DNA of 64,000 nucleotides, taken from NCBI GenBank assembly GCA_963662315.1, contig OY759353.1, positions 2,208,001 through 2,272,000 on the forward strand, read 5' to 3'. Within the stretch, counting starts at the first letter, position 1. Each line of letters opens with the position of its first letter. Under the pieces are notes generated by a model that worked only from the letters and a program-made list of their open reading frames with translations, did no database searches and was not told the origin of the DNA. This DNA comes from Geopsychrobacteraceae bacterium. GTDB lineage: Bacteria; Desulfobacterota; Desulfuromonadia; Desulfuromonadales; Geopsychrobacteraceae. Below are positions 28,515-38,044 of the stretch, piece after piece. Position numbers and translations under genes: made by a program.

Positions 28515-28892
28515 TGGCACTCCTGCAAACAAATTCATAACAATCAAAATGAAAGTTTGAGAATACTCAGCTAGAAAATCAGCGTCAAGCGGATCGAAAC
28601 CTACCCTCTGCTCTTGCAGCCAATAAATATACTAAAGAATTTCTCTCAACATTCCGAAAAAGATGATAGAATTCGTACAATTATAACAGGTCGCTCCCCA
28701 CCGCACCTCTTTTCGGGGCAAATTTCGCGTTGCGGCATTAACGCTTTTTTTTTCACAAGGCCAAGAATTTCAGGCCCTTTGAATAGAAGTATTAACGAAT
28801 TGTGCAACACGGATAATGATGCAGATTGATGTAACTGATACGTCACAGAAACGTAATCAAAACAAAAACCTGAACGGTCCTGGTCCAGACGC

Positions 28893-30428
28893 ATGGTTGA
28901 TAAAAAAAATGAGCAACGTATTGAGGTAGGGATGAAACACATCGGTGACTTTGTGACCGATGCCTATTCTCTTCACCTTGATTTCCGCAATAACGAACTT
29001 GAATGCATTGCCAGCATTGAAGTACGTGATAAAGATAACAGTATCGCGCCCGCAAAAATCATCAGCCTGCTGCGTAACAATGATATTATCCATTCCATCG
29101 ATCTCGAGCAGATTGCCATATTCTGCGGCGAAGCCGCCCAGGGCCAATCCCTGGAAAATTTTGTCCTTGCGGCGGGGAAAACTCCTACCCACGGCGAAGA
29201 TGGCTGGTTTGAATTGATTGTCAGTACCGGCAACAAGGAAGAAGAACTGGTAGAAGACGAACAAGGCCGGGTCGATTTTAAAGCGATTCAAAGTTTTTCA
29301 AACATTGAAGCCGGTCAAGTTATTGGCAAAATCTATCCTCCAACTTCTGGTGAAAACGGCATTACTGCAACCAACAAACCGATTCCCGCCAAACCGGGCA
29401 AACCAAGCCCGGTACGCGCTGGCAGCGGTGTCAAGATGAGCTCTGACGGAACCAAGTTCATCGCTGAACTATCCGGCCGCGCCGTATTTGATAAAAATAT
29501 TCTCAGCGTTGTCGAAGAAATGGTCATCAGCGGTGACGTAGATTTCCATGTTGGGCATATCTCTTTCAATGGCTTTGTTGAAATTAAAGGGGATGTGCTC
29601 GATGATTTCAATATCTCCGCCACCAAAGGGATCAGTGTCACCGGAACCGTCGGTGCGTGCCAGATTAAATCAGGAGGACCCGTCACCCTGGGCAGTATGG
29701 CCGGCAAAGGGATTGGTAAAGTTGAGTGCCAAGGGGCGTTTCGCAGTCGTTACCTGAACCAGGCGCTGATAGAGTGCCATGGTGACATTTATCTCGAATA
29801 CGAAATGCGCAACTCAATCCTAAAATCTACCGGGGTCATCTATTGTCAGAAAGGGGTTATTTCCGGTGGAGAATGCGTGGCCCTGGAAGGGATCGAAGTC
29901 AAAACTCTCGGAGCTCGGGCTGGGGCGAGAACAGTAGTAACCGCAGGAGTTTACTTTCCCGAAGCCGATCGTCTGACGTTTTTGCGCAAACGCACCAAAA
30001 GCGTGTCCGAGCAAATCAAGACTATCAGCGACACTCTGGTCGGCTTAAATAAAAAACCTTTGGAGACATTGCGTCCAGCCCTGCGCGAGGCGTTTGAACT
30101 ACGCATTGACATTCTGACCCAACGGAACAACAATCTTGAGGAAGAGAACGAAACCCTGAAAAAAGAACTCGCCAGTTTCAAATTCAGTCAACATGCCACG
30201 GCCAATCCGAAAATCAATGTCCTGGGTGACCTCCGGGAAAAAGTAACGATCTCTCTCGGCGATGCGACCGAAGAAGCGGTCATGGACATTTCCGGTCCAC
30301 TATCGATTGTTGAGAATTCAAAAACTGGAGGCTTACGTTACCTCACCTATTCCCCGCTGCAGGTTTCAGCCAGAGAACTCGAATTAACAGAAGAAGAGGA
30401 AGAAGGGTTGGAAACCCCGGAAGCCTAG
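28893..30428 (+). CDS. fapA: FapA / DUF342 family protein
   Basis: GKTPTHGEDG, GRVDFK, GDVDFHVGHISFNG, beta-helix repeats, coiled coil. Confidence 0.82.
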   Translation: MVDKKNEQRIEVGMKHIGDFVTDAYSLHLDFRNNELECIASIEVRDKDNSIAPAKIISLLRNNDIIHSIDLEQIAIFCGEAAQGQSLENFVLAAGKTPTHGEDGWFELIVSTGNKEEELVEDEQGRVDFKAIQSFSNIEAGQVIGKIYPPTSGENGITATNKPIPAKPGKPSPVRAGSGVKMSSDGTKFIAELSGRAVFDKNILSVVEEMVISGDVDFHVGHISFNGFVEIKGDVLDDFNISATKGISVTGTVGACQIKSGGPVTLGSMAGKGIGKVECQGAFRSRYLNQALIECHGDIYLEYEMRNSILKSTGVIYCQKGVISGGECVALEGIEVKTLGARAGARTVVTAGVYFPEADRLTFLRKRTKSVSEQIKTISDTLVGLNKKPLETLRPALREAFELRIDILTQRNNNLEEENETLKKELASFKFSQHATANPKINVLGDLREKVTISLGDATEEAVMDISGPLSIVENSKTGGLRYLTYSPLQVSARELELTEEEEEGLETPEA

Positions 30429-31831
30429 CGCTCCCGGAGTCTGCCAATAACTCTCGTCGCCATTTTGTTGGCGGCATTGATACAGTCATTCAAACTGATG
30501 CCACTGAAAGCATTTCCCGTCACCAGCAGATCCGGGAGATGACTCAAGTTATCCATAATTCCAGCAACACGTGTAGCGTGGCCTTGGGTATATTGAGGAA
30601 TCGCTTGGGAGTGGCGGAAGACCCGGATAAATTCAGGGTCGCATTGAATGCCCATAATCTGCTTCAGATCATGCTGTGTTTTGGCAATAACCTCGCCCTC
30701 GCTCAATGTGATTGCTTGTGGATTTGTCGCCCCGCCCATCATTGAGCGCAGCAACACCTTCCCTTCCGGCGCCCGCCGGCTGAAAATGCTTGAATCCCAC
30801 AGAGTGCCCAAGGTACTGCACCCTTCCGCACGAGGAATGAGATACCCGAACCCGTTTAGGTCGTGGGCGACAGCAGTTTTTTCATAACCAAAACAGACAA
30901 CATTCATGGGCGCATATGGAATTTCATTGAGCAACTCCGCAGCCTGAGACGCCTGTTCAGCCAAGATATCGGCCAGCGCGTAAGCAGGGAGCGCTGTTAT
31001 CACAAATTCAGCTTCGTGACTGCTGCCGTCCTCGAGTTCAAGCAAAAAGCCGCCCTTCTTGGGCGTTAACCTGCGCAGGCCATGTCCGAACAATGTTTGC
31101 CCTTTCACTTGCCGGGCAACACTGTCGGTCAGATACTGAATACCACCACTGAACGAGGTGAGGACTCCCCCGGGGCCGGCTGCACTGGCAACAACCTTGC
31201 CAGCCTGCTGTTCCGCGCGTTTTTTCTTGGCCAGCTTCAACATTGCTCGGATCAACCCACCATACTCCTGCTCCAGCTCATAAATCCTGGGAAAACAGCT
31301 TTTCAGGCTCATCTCTTCCGGATTTCCGGCAAAAATCCCTGACACCATTGGTGAAATCAGTTTATCCAGGGCCTCTGCCCCTAGCCGGCGTCGGCCAAAA
31401 TCGGCCAGAGTTTCGTCATCGCCTGCGGTTTTTCTGGGGATCACCAGTTCAGCCGCCAGCCGCATTTTGCCCGGCCAAGAGATAAGCGGAGATTGGAGAA
31501 AAGACATTGCGTTTTCCGGTAACCGATTCAGCCTCTTGTTGGAGTAAATAAAGCGCTTGCGGGCGTTATCGTCAGAACGCAGCAGATGTTGACCGATCCC
31601 CAGCTGGGCACATAGTTCAAGGGTCATCGGCTTATTATCAAGGAAACCGTTCGGTCCCCACTCGCAGAGATATCCTTCTTCCTGACGAGACCAGATTTTC
31701 CCCCCCAGGCGCTGTTCTTTTTCAATAATCAGGGTTTCTACCTCAAGGTTGGCACCAGCTGCTTCGCGTTCGATGGCAAACGCTGTGGCAAGACCGGAAA
31801 TACCTCCACCGATAACAGCAATACGGGTCAT
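30425..31831 (-). CDS. hemY: HemY-type protoporphyrinogen/coproporphyrinogen oxidase
   Basis: VIGGGISGL, EWGPNGF, MVSGIFAG, GFGYL, AIPQY..GH, GISLNDCI. Confidence 0.92.
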   Translation of the reverse strand: MTRIAVIGGGISGLATAFAIEREAAGANLEVETLIIEKEQRLGGKIWSRQEEGYLCEWGPNGFLDNKPMTLELCAQLGIGQHLLRSDDNARKRFIYSNKRLNRLPENAMSFLQSPLISWPGKMRLAAELVIPRKTAGDDETLADFGRRRLGAEALDKLISPMVSGIFAGNPEEMSLKSCFPRIYELEQEYGGLIRAMLKLAKKKRAEQQAGKVVASAAGPGGVLTSFSGGIQYLTDSVARQVKGQTLFGHGLRRLTPKKGGFLLELEDGSSHEAEFVITALPAYALADILAEQASQAAELLNEIPYAPMNVVCFGYEKTAVAHDLNGFGYLIPRAEGCSTLGTLWDSSIFSRRAPEGKVLLRSMMGGATNPQAITLSEGEVIAKTQHDLKQIMGIQCDPEFIRVFRHSQAIPQYTQGHATRVAGIMDNLSHLPDLLVTGNAFSGISLNDCINAANKMATRVIGRLRER

Positions 31832-31901
31832 TGAAATCTCCTCAAAAAAGATCAGTTCCGGGCACGCCTGTCAGGCCGCAGACCAGACTGTCGGGTTAAA
31901 G

Positions 31902-32375
31902 CTAATGATAAACAACTTTGAAACATGAAAACAACCGAGCCCGCAAACGTCCCAATATCACATTCACGGGGTTTGATCGCTTCAGAAAAGGGAACAAACA
32001 GGTACGCCGCGGACAAATCACTTCGATATGGCGAAGTAACAGCGGATGGCGTTGATATTTCAAGCCTTGGCGATAAACCTGCAACGCTTTCTGGTCTTTT
32101 CCCAGGGACAGATAGACACGCCCCAGATTCAGATAGATCAACGGGTGGGTACCATCCTTGTGTACGGCCCGCAGCGCCATATTGATCGCTTTGGCTCCTT
32201 TACGCTGTTCCCGGGCCAAGCATAAAGCCAGGTAGGAACTCGCCAGGGGCGATAGATCCTGTTCCCGGACATCATTTAATAAGCGTAATGCCAAAGGGAA
32301 ATTTCCCCCTTCAACAGCTTCAATCCCCTGGCGGATCCAGGACGCATAACTTTGCTGGTATTCCAATTCGTTCAT
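31902..32375 (-). CDS. Tetratricopeptide repeat protein
   Basis: SYLALCLA, IYLNLGRVYL..G...KAL..YRQGL; C-terminal FPFLKRSNPVN..LG. Confidence 0.75.
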   Translation of the reverse strand: MNELEYQQSYASWIRQGIEAVEGGNFPLALRLLNDVREQDLSPLASSYLALCLAREQRKGAKAINMALRAVHKDGTHPLIYLNLGRVYLSLGKDQKALQVYRQGLKYQRHPLLLRHIEVICPRRTCLFPFLKRSNPVNVILGRLRARLFSCFKVVYH

Positions 32376-32533
32376 ATCCCCCCCTATAAACTTTTAATTT
32401 AACTTCTGTCCTATGCTAGGAAACCAGCAAGAACATTGTTTAAGCTTCCATTTTTCTATAAATCGATTTTAACCATTTTTGGCAGCACTTCAAGCTTTCA
32501 ATTGTTTCTTTGCTGTGGCACCTCAGCATTTCC

Positions 32534-32562
32534 TTGACGCTGTAAATCAGCAACTCTATATT
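32534..32562 (+). promoter_or_regulatory. Candidate sigma-70/RpoH promoter of the J-domain gene
   Basis: TTGACG-N17-TATATT about 35 nt upstream of the start. Confidence 0.5.
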
Positions 32563-32597
32563 TAAACCGCTAAACCCAATCAGGAGAATTAAAGGAA

Positions 32598-33473
32598 ATG
32601 GCTCAGGACTACTATCAGACTCTCGGCGTTGATCGCAACGCCGATGCGGCAACCATAAAGAAAGCTTACCGCAAACTTGCCCAGCAATATCATCCCGACA
32701 AAAATCCCGGGGACAAAGGGGCTGAAGATAAATTCAAACAGATCACCGAAGCGTACGCGGTGTTGTCTGATACGGAAAAACGCCGCCAATATGACCAGTT
32801 TGGAGCAGCAGGATTTCAGCAGCGCTTCTCACAGGAAGATATATTCCGCAACGTGAATATGGGTGATATTTTCGGAAACGGCTTCGGCGGTGAAGATCTG
32901 TTCAGTCAGCTGTTTGGCGGTGGTGCCCGCAGCCACCGGCGACCGCGCCCAAGTAAAGGGCAGGATTACACGATGCAGATCAGCATCCCGTTTCAGATTG
33001 CCATCAAAGGTGGTGAGCGGCGCATAGATTATCGCAACGAAGGGCGCGTTGAGCAGATCAAGGTCAAAATTCCGGCTGGTATCGAAGCGGGAAGCAAACT
33101 GCGGGTGCCTGGCAAAGGCGGCCCTAACCCTATGGGCGGCCCGGCTGGCGATCTGTTTTTGAATATCGCCATTGACCCCGATCCCATTTTCAGTCGTGAA
33201 GGACGGGATATTCTGGTCAGGGTTGAGATCCCGTTCAGTGGAGCATGCCTGGGAACCACCGTTGATGTGCCAACCCTGGACAGTCCGAAACGAATTAAAG
33301 TTCCGGCAGGGATTCAACCGGGGCAGAAAATCCGCTTACGCGGCTACGGTGTTGCTGCGACAAAATCACTGGCGGCTGGAGACCTGTACGCCGTCATTGA
33401 AGTTGCTGTGCCGAAAAATCCGACCACAGAACAACTGGAACTGCTTCAGCAGTTGAAAGAAGCCGGGCTGTAG
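32598..33473 (+). CDS. Class II J-domain chaperone (CbpA/DnaJ-like, no zinc finger)
   Basis: DYY, YHPDKN, G/F-rich linker, DnaJ_C repeats; no CxxCxGxG. Confidence 0.9.
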   Translation: MAQDYYQTLGVDRNADAATIKKAYRKLAQQYHPDKNPGDKGAEDKFKQITEAYAVLSDTEKRRQYDQFGAAGFQQRFSQEDIFRNVNMGDIFGNGFGGEDLFSQLFGGGARSHRRPRPSKGQDYTMQISIPFQIAIKGGERRIDYRNEGRVEQIKVKIPAGIEAGSKLRVPGKGGPNPMGGPAGDLFLNIAIDPDPIFSREGRDILVRVEIPFSGACLGTTVDVPTLDSPKRIKVPAGIQPGQKIRLRGYGVAATKSLAAGDLYAVIEVAVPKNPTTEQLELLQQLKEAGL

Positions 33474-33497
33474 ATTTTTCACTAGGAGATAAAACAC

Positions 33498-33551
33498 ACT
33501 TTGGAATAATATATCCATCGGCATTTACGGAAAATCATATAATTCCAAAGT
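33498..33551. repeat. 15-bp imperfect inverted repeat after the J-domain gene
   Basis: ACTTTGGAATAATAT (33498-33512) vs ATATAATTCCAAAGT (33537-33551), one mismatch. Confidence 0.6.
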
Positions 33552-33660
33552 ATGCCCTTCGGGAAGGAAGGCATCTGCCTCCCAGGTACAGTTGAATAAG
33601 TTTTCTGATCGGGAAAATCTGTTCCAGGATGATAACACAACGACTGAGGCTGAACTGGTT

Positions 33661-34095
33661 ATGACAGAAAGACATAAGCGAACCCATATACAGCTAACCC
33701 TGCTGCTGTCAGTATTTTTTGTGCTGGTGGGTTTTCTTGCTCATGCAGGTGCCTGTCTATACCCGGAAACGACATGTGACGGCATTGCACAGATTAATAG
33801 TTGCCATAGTATTATGGCGGTCAAGACACCGTGCCCCAAAACCTGCTGCAAAAGCGAAGCCTGCCATACGACCACACCGGCCTCGCGAGATCTTGGTGGA
33901 CCTGCGTACCACACCGAACAGAACGCTTCGCATCCGATTGTCCACGACCCACGGACCCAGGTTCCGCTCTGCCGTATAGCTCCCAGTGTCCCGCAATCCC
34001 TCCCGACACAGCCAACAGTTGTGTCCGGGCAGCACTTTGTTTCCCTGCCAAATAAAACCTTGAACAACCTGAAAACTGTTATTCTCAGACATTGA
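33661..34095 (+). CDS. Exported Cys/His-rich protein, candidate cis-acting leader of resBC
   Basis: 144 aa from ATG 33661; signal peptide ending AHA; 8 Cys including CDGIAQINSCH and CCKSEACH; Pro/Thr/Ser-rich tail ending KTVILRH. Confidence 0.7.
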   Translation: MTERHKRTHIQLTLLLSVFFVLVGFLAHAGACLYPETTCDGIAQINSCHSIMAVKTPCPKTCCKSEACHTTTPASRDLGGPAYHTEQNASHPIVHDPRTQVPLCRIAPSVPQSLPTQPTVVSGQHFVSLPNKTLNNLKTVILRH

Positions 34096-34099
34096 GAGA

Positions 34100-34190
34100 C
34101 TCCTGAACATTGGTTGACCATGCCATCCCTACTGGCTTTATTGACCAAATCTGTCATAATTTCGAAAGACATCTACCTTATGTTTAGGAG
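34100..34190 (+). promoter_or_regulatory. RBS-sequestering RNA structure upstream of resB
   Basis: CTCCTGAACAT (34100-34110) pairs with ATGTTTAGGAG (34180-34190), 11 bp with one G-U; encloses hairpins TGGTTGA/TTGACCA with GCCA/TGGC, and TGTC/GACA. Confidence 0.7.
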
Positions 34191-34199
34191 ACAACACAA

Positions 34200-35579
34200 T
34201 TGACAACTCAAAAAAAAGACCTGACGGAGCGTACCTGGGACTTTTTTTGCTCCCTTAAGCTGACCATCATTCTGCTGTTGCTGTTAGCTGTCACCTCGAT
34301 CATCGGTACAGTTATTCAGCAGAACGCGCCTGCCGCTGACTATATCCGTGAATACGGACAAAGTAATTACGAGCTGTTCAAGGCCCTGCAGTTTACTGAC
34401 ATGTACCACTCCACCTGGTTTATCGGCATTCTGGCCCTATTCAGTGTGAACCTGATCTGCTGCTCAATAAAGAACTTCCCCCGCGTGTGGAAGTTTGTCA
34501 AAGAACCCACTCTGGTTCCAGGGGACGGGCTATTAAAAAACATGACCAATCGTGGCGATGTCACCAGTAAAAAAAGCAAAGAGGAACTGGTCGGACCACT
34601 CACGACATTTTTATCAAAAGAATTTGCCAAGCCGGTGAAGACTGAAAAGGATGGCAATATTTATCTCTTTGCCCAAAAGGGGATCTATTCCCGCTTCGGG
34701 GCCTATGTTACTCACCTGTCGATTCTCATCGTTATGGCCGGCGCCATCATCGGTAATATCTGGGGCTATAAAGCCTGGGTCAACATTGTTGAAGGCACCT
34801 CGATCGATACGGTCCAGTCACGTAGCGGTGGCACTATTCCCTTGGGTTTTACCGTCCGCTGTGATGATTTCGACGTAAGTTATTATCCCAACAGTATGCG
34901 TCCGAAAGATTACAACAGCGATCTGGTTATCCTGGAAAATGGCCAGGAAATCCTCAGAAAAACCATAGAGGTTAACGATCCACTGACCTACAAGGGGATA
35001 ACTTTCTACCAATCCAGTTACGGCGCAGCAGGAACCGCGCGCTTTAAAGTCAAAGTCAAAAATAATGACAGCGGCGACAGCATGGAAATCATTGCTGATC
35101 GTGGACAGCACATAAACCTGCCGGGCGGCTACGCGTTTGCCGTCACCGATTATACCGATAACGACCGTAATTTCGGTCCGGCGATTCAGCTTCACGTCAA
35201 CACCCCGGATGGTAAACATGGCAACCCCTTTGTGGTCTGGAAAAACTACCCGGAATTTGACGTTAAACGTGGCGGCGTATTCAGTTTCAGTCTGTTAACT
35301 ATCGACCAGCCTCAGTTTACCGGTCTGCAGGTCGCAAAAGACCCGGGAGTCAACATTGTCTGGGCGGGCTGCTTTCTGATGGTATTCGGCTCCTTGACCG
35401 CGTTTTTCTTTTCCCACAAACGGATCTGGATACGCCTGACTGAACAGAATGGGAAAACCACCGCGACAATCGCCGGCAATGCCCACCGTAACCAGCCCGG
35501 ATTTTCCCTGGCCTTTGAAGAGTTGCTGAGCAAATTTGAAACAACTGTTAAAAATGAATCCTCAACCAAGGAGGCTTAA
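34200..35579 (+). CDS. resB: System II cytochrome c biogenesis protein ResB (CcsB/Ccs1)
   Basis: FFCSLKL, IIGTVIQQ, NLICCS, THLSIL, IEVNDPL.Y.G..FYQSSY, TGLQVAKDPG; TTG start. Confidence 0.92.
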   Translation: MTTQKKDLTERTWDFFCSLKLTIILLLLLAVTSIIGTVIQQNAPAADYIREYGQSNYELFKALQFTDMYHSTWFIGILALFSVNLICCSIKNFPRVWKFVKEPTLVPGDGLLKNMTNRGDVTSKKSKEELVGPLTTFLSKEFAKPVKTEKDGNIYLFAQKGIYSRFGAYVTHLSILIVMAGAIIGNIWGYKAWVNIVEGTSIDTVQSRSGGTIPLGFTVRCDDFDVSYYPNSMRPKDYNSDLVILENGQEILRKTIEVNDPLTYKGITFYQSSYGAAGTARFKVKVKNNDSGDSMEIIADRGQHINLPGGYAFAVTDYTDNDRNFGPAIQLHVNTPDGKHGNPFVVWKNYPEFDVKRGGVFSFSLLTIDQPQFTGLQVAKDPGVNIVWAGCFLMVFGSLTAFFFSHKRIWIRLTEQNGKTTATIAGNAHRNQPGFSLAFEELLSKFETTVKNESSTKEA

Positions 35580-35582
35580 CTG

Positions 35583-36452
35583 ATGGATAGTGGTCAATTA
35601 TTCAACCTGACAACCGTTGCCTACTTTGCCGCAATGGTTCTGTTTTTCATTTACATTGCATCCAAAAACAAAACCATCGCCCTGACGGCAACCCTTGCAT
35701 CTCTAGCCGGTTTCTTAATTCAAACCTCAGCCCTGGGATTGCGCTGGTACGAATCTTATCAGATTCTTGGCGCCGATGGCCGCGCACCGCTGACCAACTT
35801 GTACGAATCGGTCGTCTTCTTTGCCTGGTCGACAGTGTTGATTTACCTGATCATCGACTGGAAATATAAGCAACGGGCCATTGGTGCCTTTGTGCTGCCG
35901 ATCGCCCTGTTCAGTATGACATGGGCCCAGTTCGATACCAGAATCATGCATGCCGAAATCGATCCGCTGGTCCCGGCCCTGCAGAGTAACTGGCTGACCT
36001 ATCACGTTATTACCTGCTTCCTTGGTTATGCCGGTTTTGCAGTGGCCTGCGGCGTATCGATCATGTATCTGTTGAAAATCGGCAAGGAAGAGAAACAACC
36101 GAAAAATGAACCTATGGGCGGTATCCTTGGCATGTTCCCCCCGACCCGGGTTCTGGACGATCTGAACTACAAAGCGATCATGGTCGGCTTTCCTCTATTA
36201 ACCCTGGGGATTATCACCGGTGCCGCCTGGGCCAACTATGCCTGGGGAACCTACTGGAGCTGGGATCCGAAAGAAACCTGGAGTCTGATTGTCTGGTTTG
36301 TCTACGCCGCATTCATCCATGCCCGCTTCACCCGGGGCTGGGTCGGACGCCGTGCCGCCTGGTTGTCAATTATCGGTTTTGCCGCAACCCTGTTCTGCTA
36401 TCTGGGAGTTAATCTGGTCCTGTCAGGACTGCACTCCTATGGCGGTTCATAA
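35583..36452 (+). CDS. resC: System II cytochrome c biogenesis protein ResC (CcsA)
   Basis: PLTNLYES, LVPALQSNWL.YHV, WWD domain WANYAWGTYWSWDPKETW, GLHSY. Confidence 0.94.
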   Translation: MDSGQLFNLTTVAYFAAMVLFFIYIASKNKTIALTATLASLAGFLIQTSALGLRWYESYQILGADGRAPLTNLYESVVFFAWSTVLIYLIIDWKYKQRAIGAFVLPIALFSMTWAQFDTRIMHAEIDPLVPALQSNWLTYHVITCFLGYAGFAVACGVSIMYLLKIGKEEKQPKNEPMGGILGMFPPTRVLDDLNYKAIMVGFPLLTLGIITGAAWANYAWGTYWSWDPKETWSLIVWFVYAAFIHARFTRGWVGRRAAWLSIIGFAATLFCYLGVNLVLSGLHSYGGS

Positions 36453-36480
36453 CCACAATTTGCAACCGCGATATTCAAAC

Positions 36481-36513
36481 AAAAAGGCCGCCTCCCATGG
36501 AAGCGGCCTTTTT
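36481..36513. terminator. Bidirectional intrinsic terminator between resC and uxaA
   Basis: AAAAAGGCCGC-ctcccatggaa-GCGGCCTTTTT. Confidence 0.88.
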
Positions 36514-36541
36514 GTTCTGCCTTAGGTGATCCGGTCACACA

Positions 36542-38044
36542 CTACAAGGTCACCCCGGTCTTGAAGATGGCGATATCACGACTGTTACGTTGTTCCGCCG
36601 AAGTCAGCTCACCATTAATAATAGCAGCTATTTCTCTCAGGAAGTCACTCAACACCTGATCAGGATCAGCATTCGGGTCGGCCAGTACACCGGCATTAAA
36701 ATCGATCCAATTAGCCTTCTTTTCAGCCAGAGCGCTATTGGTGGCGATTTTCACCGTCGGGATAAAACCACCTAACGGTGTGCCCCGCCCGGTTGAGAAC
36801 AGTACCAGCTGACAACCGGCGGCTCCCAGCGACGTGGTGGCGACAATATCGTTGCCGGGGGAGTAAAGCAGGTTGAGGCCTGGCTTGCTGACCCGCTCAT
36901 CAATTTTGATAACATCCACAACTGCCGACTTTCCCGCCTTGCGGGTACAGCCCAGGGATTTATCTTCAAGGGTGGTTATCCCCCCCTTTTTGTTCCCTGG
37001 AGACGGATTTTCATAAATCGGTTGCTCGTGGGCCAGGTAATAATCCTTAAAATCATTGATCATGGTTACGGTCTTGTCAAACACCTCCTGATTCATACAC
37101 TGCTCCATCAGAATGTGCTCCGCGCCAAACATTTCCGGTACCTCGGTTAATACTGTCGTTCCTCCCTGGCTGACCACATAATCAGAAACCCGTCCGATCA
37201 GCGGGTTGGCCGTCAATCCGGAAAAAGCATCACTGCCGCCACATTCCAGACCGATAACAATTTCGCTCCAGTGTCCCGGTTGGCGCCTATCTTGTGACGC
37301 CACAGCGTAAAGTTCTTCCAGCAATTCGACTCCGGCCTCTATTTCATCGCCAACATCCTGAGCAACCAGGTAACGAATACGCTCGGGATCAATAGCTTCC
37401 GGCAATGATTGACGAAAAGCATCGATCTGGTTGTTCTCGCACCCTAACCCCAGAATCAGCACCCCGCCACAGTTGGGATGCAGTGCGATATTCTGCAGCA
37501 TGGTCTTGGTGCGCTCATGGTCACCGCCAAGTTGTGAACAGCCATAGGGATGCGGGAAGTTAAAAATACCGTCAACTCCGCTACGATCTGCCATCGCGTT
37601 AAATGTTTTGATGATGTTGTCAGCGATTCCGTTGACACAACCCACCGTGGGGATGACCCACAGCTCATTACGGATGCCGACGCGTCCGTTGCTACGGCGA
37701 TAAATCTGCAATGGTATGGAGTCGGACCAAGCAAAATTCTCCCCGGCAGCAACCACCGGCTGATAACTGTATTCCTGCTTATCAGACAGTCCGGTTTTGA
37801 CATTATGAGTGTGAACATGACTCCCCTTGGCGATATCTTCACTGGCGATTCCTATGGACGCGCCATACTTGGTCACATGTTCACCCCTGGCGATATCGGT
37901 CAAGGCAATTTTATGTCCAACCGGAATGTCACTGACGACTGCAAACGACTCCATTCCGGCAACCTCAACGTCAGTACCGGATGACAGTTCGACGTAAGTA
38001 ACAGCAACATTATCAGCGTTGTCGATTCTGGATACTTTGATCAT
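36542..38044 (-). CDS. uxaA: Altronate dehydratase (UxaA family)
   Basis: SAF domain GHKIAL...HVHTHN; GIRNELW..PTVGCVN; HPYGCSQLG; LGCENN; CGGSD; ENPSPGNK.GG. Confidence 0.92.
   Translation of the reverse strand: MIKVSRIDNADNVAVTYVELSSGTDVEVAGMESFAVVSDIPVGHKIALTDIARGEHVTKYGASIGIASEDIAKGSHVHTHNVKTGLSDKQEYSYQPVVAAGENFAWSDSIPLQIYRRSNGRVGIRNELWVIPTVGCVNGIADNIIKTFNAMADRSGVDGIFNFPHPYGCSQLGGDHERTKTMLQNIALHPNCGGVLILGLGCENNQIDAFRQSLPEAIDPERIRYLVAQDVGDEIEAGVELLEELYAVASQDRRQPGHWSEIVIGLECGGSDAFSGLTANPLIGRVSDYVVSQGGTTVLTEVPEMFGAEHILMEQCMNQEVFDKTVTMINDFKDYYLAHEQPIYENPSPGNKKGGITTLEDKSLGCTRKAGKSAVVDVIKIDERVSKPGLNLLYSPGNDIVATTSLGAAGCQLVLFSTGRGTPLGGFIPTVKIATNSALAEKKANWIDFNAGVLADPNADPDQVLSDFLREIAAIINGELTSAEQRNSRDIAIFKTGVTL

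Noticed and set aside
32376..32597. CIRCE or HAIR operator before the J-domain gene
   Set aside because: Neither TTAGCACTC-N9-GAGTGCTAA nor CTTGAGT-N7-ACTCAAG is present.
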